DNA from: Zootoca vivipara
Lineage: Eukaryota
Direction: 5' to 3'
Assembly: GCF_963506605.1 (NCBI RefSeq)
Contig: NC_083280.1
Coordinates: forward strand, 63,054,001-63,118,000
DNA: 64,000 nt
The notes below the pieces were generated by a model. The model had not been told where the DNA came from. It did not search any database and saw only the letters and a program-made list of their open reading frames with translations. Shown in pieces: positions 26,010-39,082 of the stretch (position 1 is its first letter; each line of letters starts with the position of its first letter). The position numbers were made by a program, and so were the translations under genes.

Positions 26010-26361
26010 GGTAAAGGTAAAGGGACCCCTGACCATTAGGTCCAGTCGTGACCGACTCTGGGGTTGCACGCTCATCTCGCATTATTGGCCGAGGGAGCCG
26101 GCGTATAGCTTCCAGGTCATGTGGCCAGCATGACAAAGCCGCTTCTGGCAAACCAGAGCAGCACATGGAAACGCCATTTACCTTCCCGCTGTAGCGGTTC
26201 CTATTTATCTACTTGCATTTGGACGTGCTTTCAAACTGCTAGGTTGGCAGGAGCTGGGACCAAGCAACAGGAGCTCACCCCGTCACAGGGATTCAAACCA
26301 CCGTCCTTCTGATCAGCAAGCCCTAGGCTCAGTGGTTTAACCCACAGAGTCCCTGGGTCCC
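26010..26361 (-). mobile_element. Sauria SINE (Squam1), full length
   Basis: Colinear with 4203-4569; 13-bp TSD TTACACAACCTTA at 25997-26009 and 26362-26374. Confidence 0.92.
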
Positions 26362-27063
26362 TTACACAACCTTACAGAGACATATATTGAAAAATGGCGC
26401 GCACACCAAAAAGGGAAGTTCTGGCAGGAAAGTCCATCACTTTGGGCAACAAAGGAAACATCTACCCAAAACTAGAACTGATTTTAAAAAAAACACCACA
26501 CACATACACATTGCATTGGAATTTAATATTCCTGGGTTTATGAACTTGCAGAGTTCCAAACATTTAGCAAAATGGGAAATCACCATGGTGTTGGATTTAT
26601 CTCAAATAATTAAAAGATAATTTGGTATTAAAAGTAAATTTTATAGCTATTTTTCATTAAACCCCTCAGCTGTGTGGCCTATTAGTCAACCTTGGCAAAC
26701 AAGCCTTCAGAAAGATAGACAAGTTGACAAATACTATTCTGTAGGCCATGTCCTGCATCATAGCCCTAAGCTTAAAGTAGAAGTCCCACTGAGTTCAATG
26801 GGGCTTGCTGCCAGGTAAGTGAATATACGATTTTAGCTGAAGTTCTATAATAAGAATGGGTGTGTGTGCCTAGAGTAGGGGGAGACAGTGGCGCTCCACG
26901 GATGTTCTGGATTCCAGCTACCATTTCCAATGGTCAGGGGCTATGAGAGTTGTGGGGTGGGCCCATTAAGCTGCTCCAGAGACAAAGGTTGGGTAACAAT
27001 AAGGCCGAAATATATGTGGGGGTTAAAACAGGGCACAACATTATTGATTACAAGGTATCTGGA

Positions 27064-27568
27064 TTCAGGTAGGTAGCCGTGTTGGTCTGACACAGTCGAA
27101 ATATATATAAAAAATTGTCCAGTAGCACCTTAGAGACCAACTAAGTTTGATCTTGGTATAAGCTTTCGTGTGCATGTACACTTCTTCAGATACACTGGAA
27201 CAGAAGTCACCAGACCCTGGAACAGAAGTCACCAGTGGGAGGGTAGGGAGGGGTATTACGCAGAAGGGTGGTGGGAATGGGTGATTGGCTGATAGGTGTG
27301 GTGAACCTGTTGACGACTGTTAATGACTGCCATTAGTCCTACAGGAAAAAGCAAGGGATATTATGCAGATGATTAGCATATGTAATGAGACAGGAATCCA
27401 ATATCTCTATTAAGACCAGGTCTCTCCATAGTTTTCAGTTTAGTGATAAGTTCTAATTCAGCAACTTCTCTTTCAAGTCTGTTTCTGAAATTCCTTTATA
27501 ATAAGACAGCTGCTTTGAGATCCTGTATTGAATGTCCTGGGAAATTGAAGTGTTCTACTGGCTTCTCT
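27064..27568 (-). mobile_element. Penelope-like retroelement 3' fragment (GIY-YIG C-terminus plus pseudo-LTR)
   Basis: The minus strand reads EKPVEHFNFPGHSIQDLKAAVLL*RNFRNRLEREVAELELITKLKTMERPGLNRDIGFLSHY (H-F-N-x-P-G-H-S...R-E-x2-E...GLN). 9-bp TSD GTATCTGGA. Confidence 0.88.
27156..27193 (-). ncRNA. Minimal type I hammerhead ribozyme motif (Penelope-associated)
   Basis: Minus strand GUAU-CUGAAGA-A-GUGU(acaugc)ACAC-GAAA-GC-UU/AUAC: conserved core, stem II, palindromic AGCU stem III, and stem I GUAU/AUAC. Confidence 0.75.
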
Positions 27569-29145
27569 GTATCTGGAGTTGGCATTTGGCAAGACAGCAT
27601 GGCACTGTGCCACAAAACTGTTTCCACTACTAACTGGGGTCTCCCCTGTGTTTGAGATCCTAACCAATGCCATTTCCATCACAAGGGGGAGGAAAAGGAG
27701 GCATAACCAATTATCAATCATCCCCTTTATCTATCCACTCTGCTGTAAAGGGAGATTCAGTTCCACATTATAGCATGCAAGATAGGGAAGCCTTGAGCAG
27801 ATTAAATTAACAACAGAGGCAAGAGGATCTCCCCAGTGCCAAACACTCTTGAAGGTTTCCCCCCAGTCTTAACATTGAGATATTTCAGGAATTACATGCA
27901 GTCTTTTCTTGCTGTCCAAAGAAAATTAGTAATTAATCAAATGGGATGTGCTTGGTTCATACACGTTTGACTCCCCCCAAAGATGGGTAAATCAGAAATG
28001 AGTTTGAATAGACTAAGTGATCAAATGTCAACAAAACAAACACTACAGCACAAATAACTGGATGCTCAACTTATTGACATTCATGTTTCTACAAATCCCA
28101 AAATAGCACTTCTAAGTGATTATTTTCTTGTTCCTATCGATTTCAATTACACATCCCCCAGTCCCCTGAGTCTGCAGCACTTGGCAGCGTCTTCCTAAAG
28201 CACTCAGGATTGAATAATCCTAAATAAAAGCACAGAAAGGAAGGTCCTACTGAGGAGGCAGAGACACACTGGGTTGGGGGAGGGAGAATTCACTAGACAA
28301 GGCGATATCATGAATGAAAAATTAGGCATGGACTGAAAGGTATGTTGGCCCAACAGCACAAGCCAACAAGATGAAAATGTTCTTCTCAGATATTTCACTG
28401 CACAAATATTAACATCAATAATGAGTCTTCAATTTAAATATTGGGCAGAACTACAGACTTCCCCAATTATTACCCATTTTATTCAATTGTATACAACACA
28501 GATGAAACAGCTGCAACATCCAGTAAGACAGATCTAGTGCTTCTGTCCATAAAACTGAGTGGGAACATAATTTGATTGGATCCCCATATCATATATGGGG
28601 CTACTGCTCAGGACTACCCATTTGATTACCATTTATTATGGAACTTGCCTCTTTTCTTCTCCCACCTCTATCCCTTGCTTGCTTTATACATTCTAGCTGA
28701 AAACCTAGCTTTGTCTTGTATCATTTATTTTATGCCTTTTAGATTAGCAATCCCTTTAAAAAAACCCAGATATTTTAAAGGTTTCCATTGGCAATCTGTA
28801 ACTGACTGAGAACTACATGAAAATTGTGTCAGAAATCAGGTTGCAGAAAGCTCTACCCAACTTCTTTAATGCTAGATGGAATACAAAATATTTGAGTAGC
28901 AACTCTGAACACTATTGTTGCTGCTGTACCTGAGATTATGATGATTATGATGACAATAACGATGTCGTAACATCGATGTGCATGGTGCCATTCAGAAAAC
29001 CAGGAAATACTCTCTTCCCAAGAGGGTTGCAATATCTCTTTTTATCAAATTTATCTTTACTGATACTTATTTATTAAATGACATCAGTATGAATAACTTA
29101 CTAATGAAGAAAGTAGAAGATTCCTATTCAGAAGACATCCTAAAG

Positions 29146-29282
29146 CAGGCTTCCTCAACCTCGGCCCTCCAGATGTTTTTGGCCTACAACTTCCATGATC
29201 CCTAGCTAGCAGGACCAGTGTTCAGGGATGATGGGAACTGTAGTCTCAAAACATCTGGAAGGCCGAGGTTGAGGAAGCCCTG
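29146..29282. mobile_element. Palindromic hAT MITE (URR1-like)
   Basis: CAGGCTTCCTCAACCTCGGCC...GGCCGAGGTTGAGGAAGCCCTG; TSD TCCTAAAG/GCCTAAAG. Confidence 0.85.
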
Positions 29283-30392
29283 GCCTAAAGCATACATCCC
29301 TTCATCTATTTCATATGGTAGCTATTTGCCCAGAAGTTATATCAGCTGCTGGTGTGCACAAAAATTGTATCCAATTATTGAAGCTAATTTGCTAAGTGGA
29401 TGATGTGACAGATTTGGGACTAAGTTCCTGATCTTCAAACTGATTGATGGGTTGAAAAAAATTAGTCTTCTTAGCATGAACTGTGGCTTAGTGCGAACAA
29501 GCAAGTGTGCTGGCGTACAGTGAGAAAATCACAGCCACTTTGGTGAGCCAAGAACAAACATTGGTTACAGCTTGTGGTTTGTTTGGAGGAAGACAAACTA
29601 CAAATCCAAGTTCTGATGTGATGCTAAGCCAAACCGTAGTGCAGCAGCACCAGGACCAGAGGAAGAGCAAAATGGCAAAGATATTCTCACCATGCAGCAG
29701 CACACTTGCTAAAATTTGGCTTATTGTTATGTGCAAACTGAGCCAAGTCTGAAAGGGCAAATGAGATAACGGCATGAAATTTGTGTTGGGTGGGAGAAGA
29801 GAAGAGGTAATTTTACACTGTATTGTACATATATTTATGTATGTTCACTTTCATAAAACAGACTCCAGGGGTACACAATTTGACATGCCTTAGGCCTTAT
29901 ATTATACAATGAATGTGAATTCCACATTTAACTGACTGGCATTTTGTTGTAGAAATATTCACATTACAGTGCATGCTTTAAAGATCTAATCTATCCTTAA
30001 TCCAGCTACAAATATAACGACAAATAAATTAGATGGAAAACCATCACTCTTTGAAATGACATTATAACAAACTCTGATTGAACAAGGAGTTTTCCGAGCA
30101 TAAGCCACTGACTCGAAGCCCTTGAGAAAAATCATGAGGAACAGTATTAAAATATGCAGTGGAATTTATTCTAAGCAGCCTAAGCATGAATACACTTTGA
30201 AGCAAATATGAACCAGAATTATGTGCCCTAGTTTCATTTGATTATTGGACAAGTTTTAGAATCATAAATTAATGAAGCCCTATATGTCTCTATAAATGGT
30301 TTTTTTGTGACATCTATCCCATGCCGCTGTGAGAGAGCGATCCCCGCAGAGGCTTGGGAGTGAAGTTGCGCCCCTCCCAAGCCTCCTCAGGA

Positions 30393-30481
30393 CATAGCTG
30401 CCAAGTTTTCCCTTTTCTCACGAGGAAGCCTATTCAGCATAAGGGGAAATCCCTTAAAAAAGGGATAACTTGGCAGCTATG
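30393..30481 (-). mobile_element. 89-bp hAT MITE (CATAGCTGCC family), nested in an older GC-rich element
   Basis: Reverse orientation of 22438-22527; exact TSD CCTCAGGA. Confidence 0.92.
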
Positions 30482-33400
30482 CCTCAGGAGGAGAGAGATT
30501 CCTGCAGAGGCTTGGGAGGCTTGGGAGGGAAGCTGCGTGCCTGCCAGCCATATGATTGGTGGGGTGCAGCTGGCGGGTGTGCAGGGAAAGGGGAGGCCCC
30601 CACTTGCTGGGGAGCCCCTGAGAGGCCGGCGCCCTGGTGCGATGCACCACTAAGCCCTATGGGAAAGATGGCTCTGAATGGGAATATGGGGAGTATGCGC
30701 AGGCATCTCATTCCCCCAGGCAACTCTGGTCAGCTGCCTGTGCGTGTGCAAAGTTGGAGGGAGAAGAAATAAGCATACAGGAATCCTTCTGTATGTAAGT
30801 TTATGCAGGGAAGAATTGTGCCCCAAATCCCATGTAAACAATATATCTGATGAAAGTCACCTTTTCCTAAGTCGTGTGTAAAATCCATGGCCGAGTCTAG
30901 CTAGGCTCCAAGTGCATGGACAATCAGGCTTGCACACAGTGATCCCAGACCAATACACAATTGTGCATGTAAACAGATATCAGACATGCATTGCCTCTTT
31001 CTAGGCCAATAAGCCAGGGTTGTGCATGTTCAATTGTTCCAAGAAAGCTGGAATTCCAATGGTTGACTGTTTGGAAGGGAAAGCACATAGCTTCAGCTCC
31101 TGCTTCTTCACCAAACATCTGATGGGCATGTTTTTAGCTATTTCTTAAAGGTGAAGCCCTAGTGTAGGATCAGTAGATGCCACACAGAAGGGTGTTCTGT
31201 GAGAAGGAATGAAAAGTTTAAGATATTCAAAATATTTATACACTGCTTTTCACCCTAGTAGGTTCCAGGGTCATGTACAAATCAATAAACAAGTAAACAA
31301 GTTGATAAAACACGGACCAAAGATAAAGACGGTTGCTGACTTTCTCTCCAAGCCAATGGCAACATGTCTGTGGTATAGGACACATTCATACTCATGGGAT
31401 ACCAACTGTAGACATTTATATAAATTACAAATTCTGTTGAACTCAGTGGTGTATAAGGGTACAAAATACTGCACTGGATTGTGCCCACGATCATGATGAA
31501 ATTATCTAACCATTTTTCAGATGTACTTTCATTTCAGATAAATTACCCCAAAATGTCAACTGTGACAAGAGTATTAGCACCACAGAGCTTCATAGCATGT
31601 AGATAAAGGAACGCATAGGTAAAACATTTTGAGATACAGTATCCATATGAGAGCTACTGTTTTTCTATAACTCTGAAGCAGTGTTTTAGTTAGCTATTCT
31701 ACTTTATAAGCAGCTTAGAGAAGTCTGTCCCTTTACAGCAAAAGGCTCTGAGGCTCTTTAAAACCAATCTTTATCAGAATCCCCTTGGTATCAACACACA
31801 GCAGCAAGCTTTAATTATACAAAAGTTGCTTGTGGACCTCAGAACTCCCAACCCATTGCCCCAGTACAGTCAGTTGTGTGTCCCCATGGTTCAATGATAT
31901 CACAAACACCATAATATCTGAGCCAATGGCAGTCATAGCTGGCTGACTTGTAAAGGGAATGAAGGCTCACTGTGACATGTGAAAGCCTGTTGCAAGCCCC
32001 AAGTGAACTGATTTGGTTTTACTGGCGTTAAAGAATCACTTGGCTGGAGTGAAAACGTGGCAAATAGACAAAACAGAAGCAGAGGCTCTTATAAGAAGTT
32101 CTGCTGCCCACCACATTGGTAGATTTGTCAGCTAACAGGTTGTCAATGGTTAGATTTGTGTTGTTAACATTTTCACAGTTGCACAGGTGCTTCTATCACA
32201 ACCTTTTGTGCCGAACATGGGATTTCTATGTTTTTAATCCTAAGACAAAACACAACAGCTAAGAATTCTGTGTGCAAAGTAATTTAATTAGTTTCAGATT
32301 TAAGTGGATTTGTACATTGCCCATGTAAAAGTGACCTATCAATTATGAATCTCTAGCAATTAAAGTTACCAACTGGATTGCTGTGCAGAAAGCTTTAATA
32401 TGCAAAACAATGCATGGTCATTCTTTTTCTTTCTTTTTTTGGAGGAAGAGCTGAGATTATTTGAGCGCTGGATTTCTAAAGCAGGCCAGGTGCAGAGAAA
32501 AACAAATTCCCAGAGTTGAATGCAAAATTGCTCTTCTGCCCAGAGAGATAAAAGCTGGAGAAGCACTTAGTAAGTGAAAGAATGTGCATCTGTTTACAAT
32601 GACTCAATGTTTAAATGTAGTAATGACTATGTGAACAACACCAATCACATTGGAAATCAATATTATAAATTTGGAATCTTTATGTTTACTTTACGGCTAA
32701 TCCAGTCATTACTGCAGACATCTAAAGCAAACACTGCAGCTGTACCATGTTTAATTCATCAAGATGTTCTCTCAAGACTGACTGCCTCTCTGTTATCACC
32801 AAATAATTTTAGCTGAGCATCTGCCAACCTCTAGACTAGAGCATCCAGTTTTGCAAAGAACCATTAAAAGCCCCTCTTTAACTTGGCAGGCAAATCCACT
32901 CCTAGAGTTTCTTTGTAATAAAAGCCAAGTATGAAACAAAATGTTCCATGTTCCTACGGAAAGACAACCGCCTTTAAAAAATGCAGGGCTTTTATTTATT
33001 TATTTTTAGTTGATAAGCAACATGAGCACCGCCTGGAACCCAAAGAGGCTTATGGAAAGTTACGGGCCATATTCATACATTACGAGCCAGAGGACCAGTT
33101 TCAGATGGCATATATGAATCTGTCTTACACAGAAGAAGCCACAAACTCCCCAAGGTCCTAGTTCTGCTACCTATGATTCTTTTAACTGGGGCGGGGGGGG
33201 GAGAGAACCTTGGGTCCTACAGTGTTCAAAGTATATGCTCCCCCCCCCCAAAGCTATGAAACCAATCTGGTACAAACAAAACACTGGATAGCAGCAGCAG
33301 TGGATCAAACAACCTCCCTTCCCAGAGCGAAGGAATTCGAGTATACAATTTTGCACTGTGAATGGAAATAAACGTTTTACAGTATCTGGAGGCAGTACAT

Positions 33401-33538
33401 GGAGGGTATAATCTCTACGTGAAGACATAAGAACAGGGCTCTCCCTAAATGTCTCACTGCTAGACATCCAGTTTAGTCAGTTATTACGTGTCCTTCATAC
33501 TCATGAACCCAAAAAAATCTACCTGGTTGATGTTATAG

Positions 33539-33756
33539 AGGGCTCATCCAGACTTCCTTTAGTGCCACATTTCTAGGCACTGGTGCAAGCTTTAAAGCTC
33601 CTTGTGTGAAGAGTGGGTTTTTGTTTTCCTTTGTCCCAGCGCTTTTCCTGGGAAAACTTGTGCTTTACCGCTAAATTGGAGCAAATGGCAATAGGATTTT
33701 CCACAGGTTGCCATTTGCTCTGATTCATCAGTAAAATGTGGGCCAGGATGAGCCCT
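33539..33756. mobile_element. Old TIR element (MITE)
   Basis: AGGGCTCATCC...GGATGAGCCCT termini and an internal GAGCAAATGGCAA/TTGCCATTTGCTC inverted repeat. Confidence 0.55.
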
Positions 33757-33830
33757 GAAAGGATACTAGGTTAGATTGTGATTTTACAACACATCCTGTC
33801 TTCTAAAGCTGTGAGCAGCCCAAATGAGTA

Positions 33831-34171
33831 CAGTGGTACCTCGGTTTTCGAACATCTTCGTTGACGGAACATTTCGGTTTTTGAGCGCTGTAAACCTGCA
33901 AGTAAATGCTTCGGTTTTTGAACACGCCTCAGAAGTCGAACATGCCATGCAGCTTCCGCTGAATGCAAGATCCTGTGACCTAGCTGCCGGCTATTGAGTT
34001 TTCGGTTTTCGAACGTTTCAGAACTTGAACGGTCTTCCGGAATGGATGACATTTGGAAACCAAGGTACCACTGCATAGCTGCCAAGTTCTCCCTTTTTTA
34101 AAGGGAAATTCCCTTATGCTGAATAGGGTTCCTCGTGAGAAAAGGGAAAACTTGGCAGCTATGCACCACTG
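33831..34171. mobile_element. Tigger/pogo-like MITE, GGTTTTCGAAC variant, right TIR interrupted by a hAT MITE
   Basis: TA|CAGTGGTACCTCGGTTTTCGAAC...CCAAGGTACCACTG[insert]CACCACTG|TA. Confidence 0.85.
34074..34163 (+). mobile_element. 90-bp hAT MITE (CATAGCTGCC family)
   Basis: TIRs as in the other copies; TSD TACCACTG/CACCACTG (7 of 8). Confidence 0.9.
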
Positions 34172-35343
34172 TACCTCTTACAAGCTTCTTTCAAGTTGTG
34201 AGATGTGGCCTATTTTCATTAATATTAGAGAAAGGCTGCAACCCTATGCACACTTTCCTATGAGTAAGTATCATGAGAGATTGACTTCTGAAGTAAACAT
34301 TTATAGAATCTTTATAGAAAACATCATCACCATCATTATTTTTCACTGAATTTGTTAGTCACTTGACCTTGCCCAGGGAAATCCAAAGCGACTTGCAACC
34401 AACCAACCAACCAACCAGACCAAAAAACCTCACATAGATATATTAAAACCAAGAGGAAAAACAAAGACATTAAAAACATCCTGCCAACTTCTAAATGGCC
34501 ATAGATAGTTAAAGGCCAAAGGTCTGGTTATAGAGGAAAGTTCTGTTCTGTTCTGTTCTTCCTCAGAGCAGGTTACCTCTGGTTCTCAACTAGTTGTGTT
34601 TCAACAGCCAAACTGCACTCTTGGCCTGTCAAGAATATTCTCTAGGTTTTGCTCTATTTTTATGAGAGTACATCTCCCTTCTTTGTGTGAGGTTTGTATA
34701 ATTACTCAAGTCTCTGTTTGCAAGAACAATGTAAGCTCATATAATATATTCCCTTGAGGATTAAAGAAACTAGGAAAATGAGAATGGGGGGCCTTTTCTT
34801 CTCTCAGGCTTCAGCTTCTATTCAAAAGCTATTATTATCTAACTACATGTTTCAGTGGCAAGGCATCGGTTTTCAAATTCATTTAGCTAAATCAGATGAA
34901 AATGTTTCCATAGGTTGGCTAAGTGAAATTTATCCGTGATGGGCAAAGCAATCACTTTCCAAACTATGATTACTTCCTGATGGGGAGCTTCACTCCCCAA
35001 CATGAAATCAAACAGATGCTTTAGAAGTGAGCCACAAAACAGACACGTGTCCAACTTTTGAAAGAAAGAAAGAAAGCTATCAGTCGCTGGTTTCATCTGG
35101 ATGATCAGATTTCAACTTAATAAGACAAGATATGAAGGATTTTTGTGTACCCAAACATTGCCCCTCCCTTTGCAGAAGCAGTGAAACAAGCCAGATAACT
35201 GCAGTTAACTATGGTTTCCCATTGCATCCAAAACTGGGAACAATGCCTCATGGCTTCCAAACACGCCAAAATATCCAGCCAAATTTAAACCATGGCTTCA
35301 TATCCTGGTTTATTTGGAAGCCATTAACCATAATTTCCCACAT

Positions 35344-35623
35344 GACGTGCGTGGCGCTGTGGTCTAAACCTGCTCCTACCAACCTAGCAGTTCAAAAGCA
35401 CATCAAAGTGCAAGTGGATAAATAGGTACCGCTTCGGCGGGAAGGTAAACAGTATTTCCGTGCACTGCTCTGGTTTGCCAGAAGTGGCTTTGTCATGCTG
35501 GCCACAAGACCCGGAAGCTGTCTGCGGACAAATGCCAGCTCCCTCAGCCAGTAAAGCGAGGTGATTGTACAACTCCAGAGTCGTCCACGACTGGACTTAA
35601 TGGTCAGGGGTCCCTTTACCTTT
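35344..35623 (+). mobile_element. Sauria SINE with an internal deletion, inside an older TIR element (about 35190-35672)
   Basis: GTGGCGCTGTGGTCTAAACC head is joined directly to the body; tail CCCTTTACCTTT. Flanking inverted repeat GCAGTTAACTATGGTTTCC/GGAAACTATAGTTAACTGC. Confidence 0.8.
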
Positions 35624-35859
35624 AACCATACTTTCCAGGTTTTGGTACAGCAGGAAACTATAGTTAACTGCAGCTTTCATATCTCAGTTTATTAAGCTGC
35701 GAAATCACTGAAGTGTGGCCATTGCATCAGCAAACATAAATAAAAAATATATAGTTTATTTGCACTTTTTGCATACTGCTGCTCTTGTGAAATATTTCAC
35801 AGTAATAGCTTACTGACCTTTAATTAACCTAGCAATAAGAGGTCTATTGGCAGCCATTA

Positions 35860-36087
<228 letters not shown>

Positions 36088-37540
36088 CTACACAGACAGA
36101 AAAGTCACAACGATATGATAATAAACCAAAATGAATCTCCAAATTCAAACTCGCTGAAATGACACCTTTTAAGAAGAAATGGTGTTTTCCGATTTCAGTA
36201 AAATGAGGGGAAATGCATTCACAGTATACGATTTACCAAAGGCCTGTGTTGCAACACACTTCCCTGACTTGAAATTGATGCATTCAACAGATCTCCATCA
36301 ATTTCAGCTACTTTGAAATACTGGAGTAAGACTGATCCTTTAGAGCTGGCATTAAAAGAACGGGGAAGGCAAAGTTACCATCTACAAGAAAGTCTGTCAG
36401 GATCCCATTACTGTACAGATAACATTAAGAAATATGAAATTGCGATCATACATTACCCTCTTCTCTATAATGAATGTAGCCTGCAGTTCATGCGAGCTCC
36501 ATAATGGATGCTCACCCAGAGGGACTGCTTTTTGACATGCAATACTACATCACATTAGCTTTGTCTGATACTAACTGCCTTGCCGATTGTTATAGTTTTA
36601 TAAGAAGAGATAGTTTAATTTAAACACATACTGGACTCCATTTGCTTGTGACTCACACAATTTGTCTGAGTCTAAAAAGCTTAAGTGTTTGCACTTTTCC
36701 AGTGAGCAGAGAAGTTTGCAAAGTGCTTGGCTGCAGCTATCCGCCTAAAGGCATTCAAGCCGCTGCCAAAGGAACACACTGAACATAGCATTGTTTTCAG
36801 GCTTATATAGCATTCCAGGGCATGTCTGTTCAGAAATAAGTCCCATAGAGTTGGATGGGGCACATTAATTTCTGTTATTTCTTGAAAGGAGCAGTAACGG
36901 GGCATATCAGGTTCTCTGTCACAAACATTAATACTATGCAATATGGAAAGGGAGACATTGGGGTTTTCCAGTTCTGGTGCTTTCATTAAGGGGTCTTAGA
37001 AACAAGAAATTCTATTTTTAAAAGGATAACAATACTAAGCTGTCTTTTCTCATGGTTGTTTGAGAATGTTCAGGAAAAGTTAGCCACAATCCCAGGGAAG
37101 AGAAATGTCTAGAGAATGGTCCCAGTTGGCTCATCATTTGCTGAAATATTTCAAATTCCACAAATCCCCAGTGTGCCAAAGATTCATGATTAATTTTAAA
37201 ATCAGGACTGATTTTTTTTAACAACTGCATTTTCTAACAATATAAACAATTTCTGAACACCTAGCACAACCTAGTATGGAACCAGTACTGTGTAAAGGAC
37301 AGAGAACTAAACCTGCACCAGCTAAAAAGCTCAATGGCAAAACTTGGTCAGGTCACTACTTCTCAGACTATTTATAAAATAAAAGAGCACTCTCAACTCT
37401 TTGGAAGAGAATGAGATACACATTTAGAAATAAATAACCCCCAGTGTGGACAATGGGAAACAATTAGAAAATGAAATATTGTTGAGATATATGGATCTTC
37501 CTATTATGCTGCAAATATCAGAATTTCAGCTGAGGTTTCA

Positions 37541-37828
<288 letters not shown>

Positions 37829-38854
37829 CTAGAAAGAACACACAATTCAGATAATTAATTAATAGCTGAAATCAGAAGACTAGCAATGTAGGTTAATGCT
37901 CGATGGACAGCAAGTCTTAGGACCACCATACGACTATCTAAGAGTCATCTTGCCCCAAGAGGAGAAAGAGAAGACATAACAACCTAATGAGCTGCCTCTC
38001 CATCCAGCTTTCCATTGTTCCAGCTGAGATGGTCACTTCCTCCTCCAACCATAACCATAAGGACAATCTCACTCTGAGTGGATGGGTAAAGGGAAAGCAG
38101 AACAACAATCTAGACCACCATTTAGTTCCCACCAGATGAAGGGGCCTTTCCCTTCTTCAAACACAACATTTCTGCAAATTTTGGAGCCATGGGGAGTGGG
38201 GAAGTTTTCCAGGTGGTGGTGGAAAAGAAGGATCTTTGAGGGGGGGAAATAAAAATATGCATTTCTTATTTTTACAGCCCTTTAACTTATTGAAGCTTTG
38301 TTACTTCTCACATTTGAGTTTACAAAAGAGGGAACAATACATCCATGCCAATCACCTGCAGATTGGTGACCACCACTATTCTACTAGCAGGATGCAAGTT
38401 GTGGTCATTGTGTGGGGTTTTCAAGAGAACCTTTATGGAGCCATTTCTACAGACACTATTGATGCTTGCCCGCTACCCATTTTTGCCATCTGCTTCAATG
38501 TTGCTGTTGCTTTTGAATTTTGTTTTCTGAATCTCTTTCCTGTGACATGTTGCGGTGCATTCTGATGCCTCAGATAGCAAGGAATGGGCAGTCACTCTTC
38601 TGCTTGTGTTCCTGCAAAGCTGCTGCCAGGGGAGTTCTGCTAGATGGGCAAATGGCATAAGGCTGTTTCCTATGTTCCTGCCAACAAGTGGCTCTTCCCC
38701 GCTCCACCCCTTCCCTCTTTAAATTAGATTTCAAATCTGTAGGTGATGATTCATAATTTTATATATGCAGATCATTCCAATCTTATGTTCATGGAATGCA
38801 GTATGTAATTAGCTCCATCCCCTGAAGTTGCACCTGGTTCTGTCCAACCCACTA

Positions 38855-39082
38855 CAGTGGTACCTTGGTTTACAACCATAATCCGTTCCAGAGGTCCGGT
38901 TGTAAACTAAAACAGGTTGTAACCCAAGGTGTGCTTTCGCCAATGGGGCCTCCCAAAAAAATGGCTTGTAACCCCCCAAAAATGGGTTGTAATCCAAAAA
39001 AAAGGGACACGCACTTCCAGTTTTGACGTGGTTGTAATCCAACGGTTGTAATCCAAAACGGTTGCAAACCAAGGTACCACTG
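38855..39082. mobile_element. Tigger/pogo-like MITE, GGTTGTAA variant
   Basis: TA|CAGTGGTACCTTGGTTTACAACC...GGTTGCAAACCAAGGTACCACTG|TA. Confidence 0.9.

Noticed and set aside
29488-29775. GENIFAIL peptide resembling TdT EEEIFAHL
   Set aside because: Superficial similarity only, with no flanking match or splice context.
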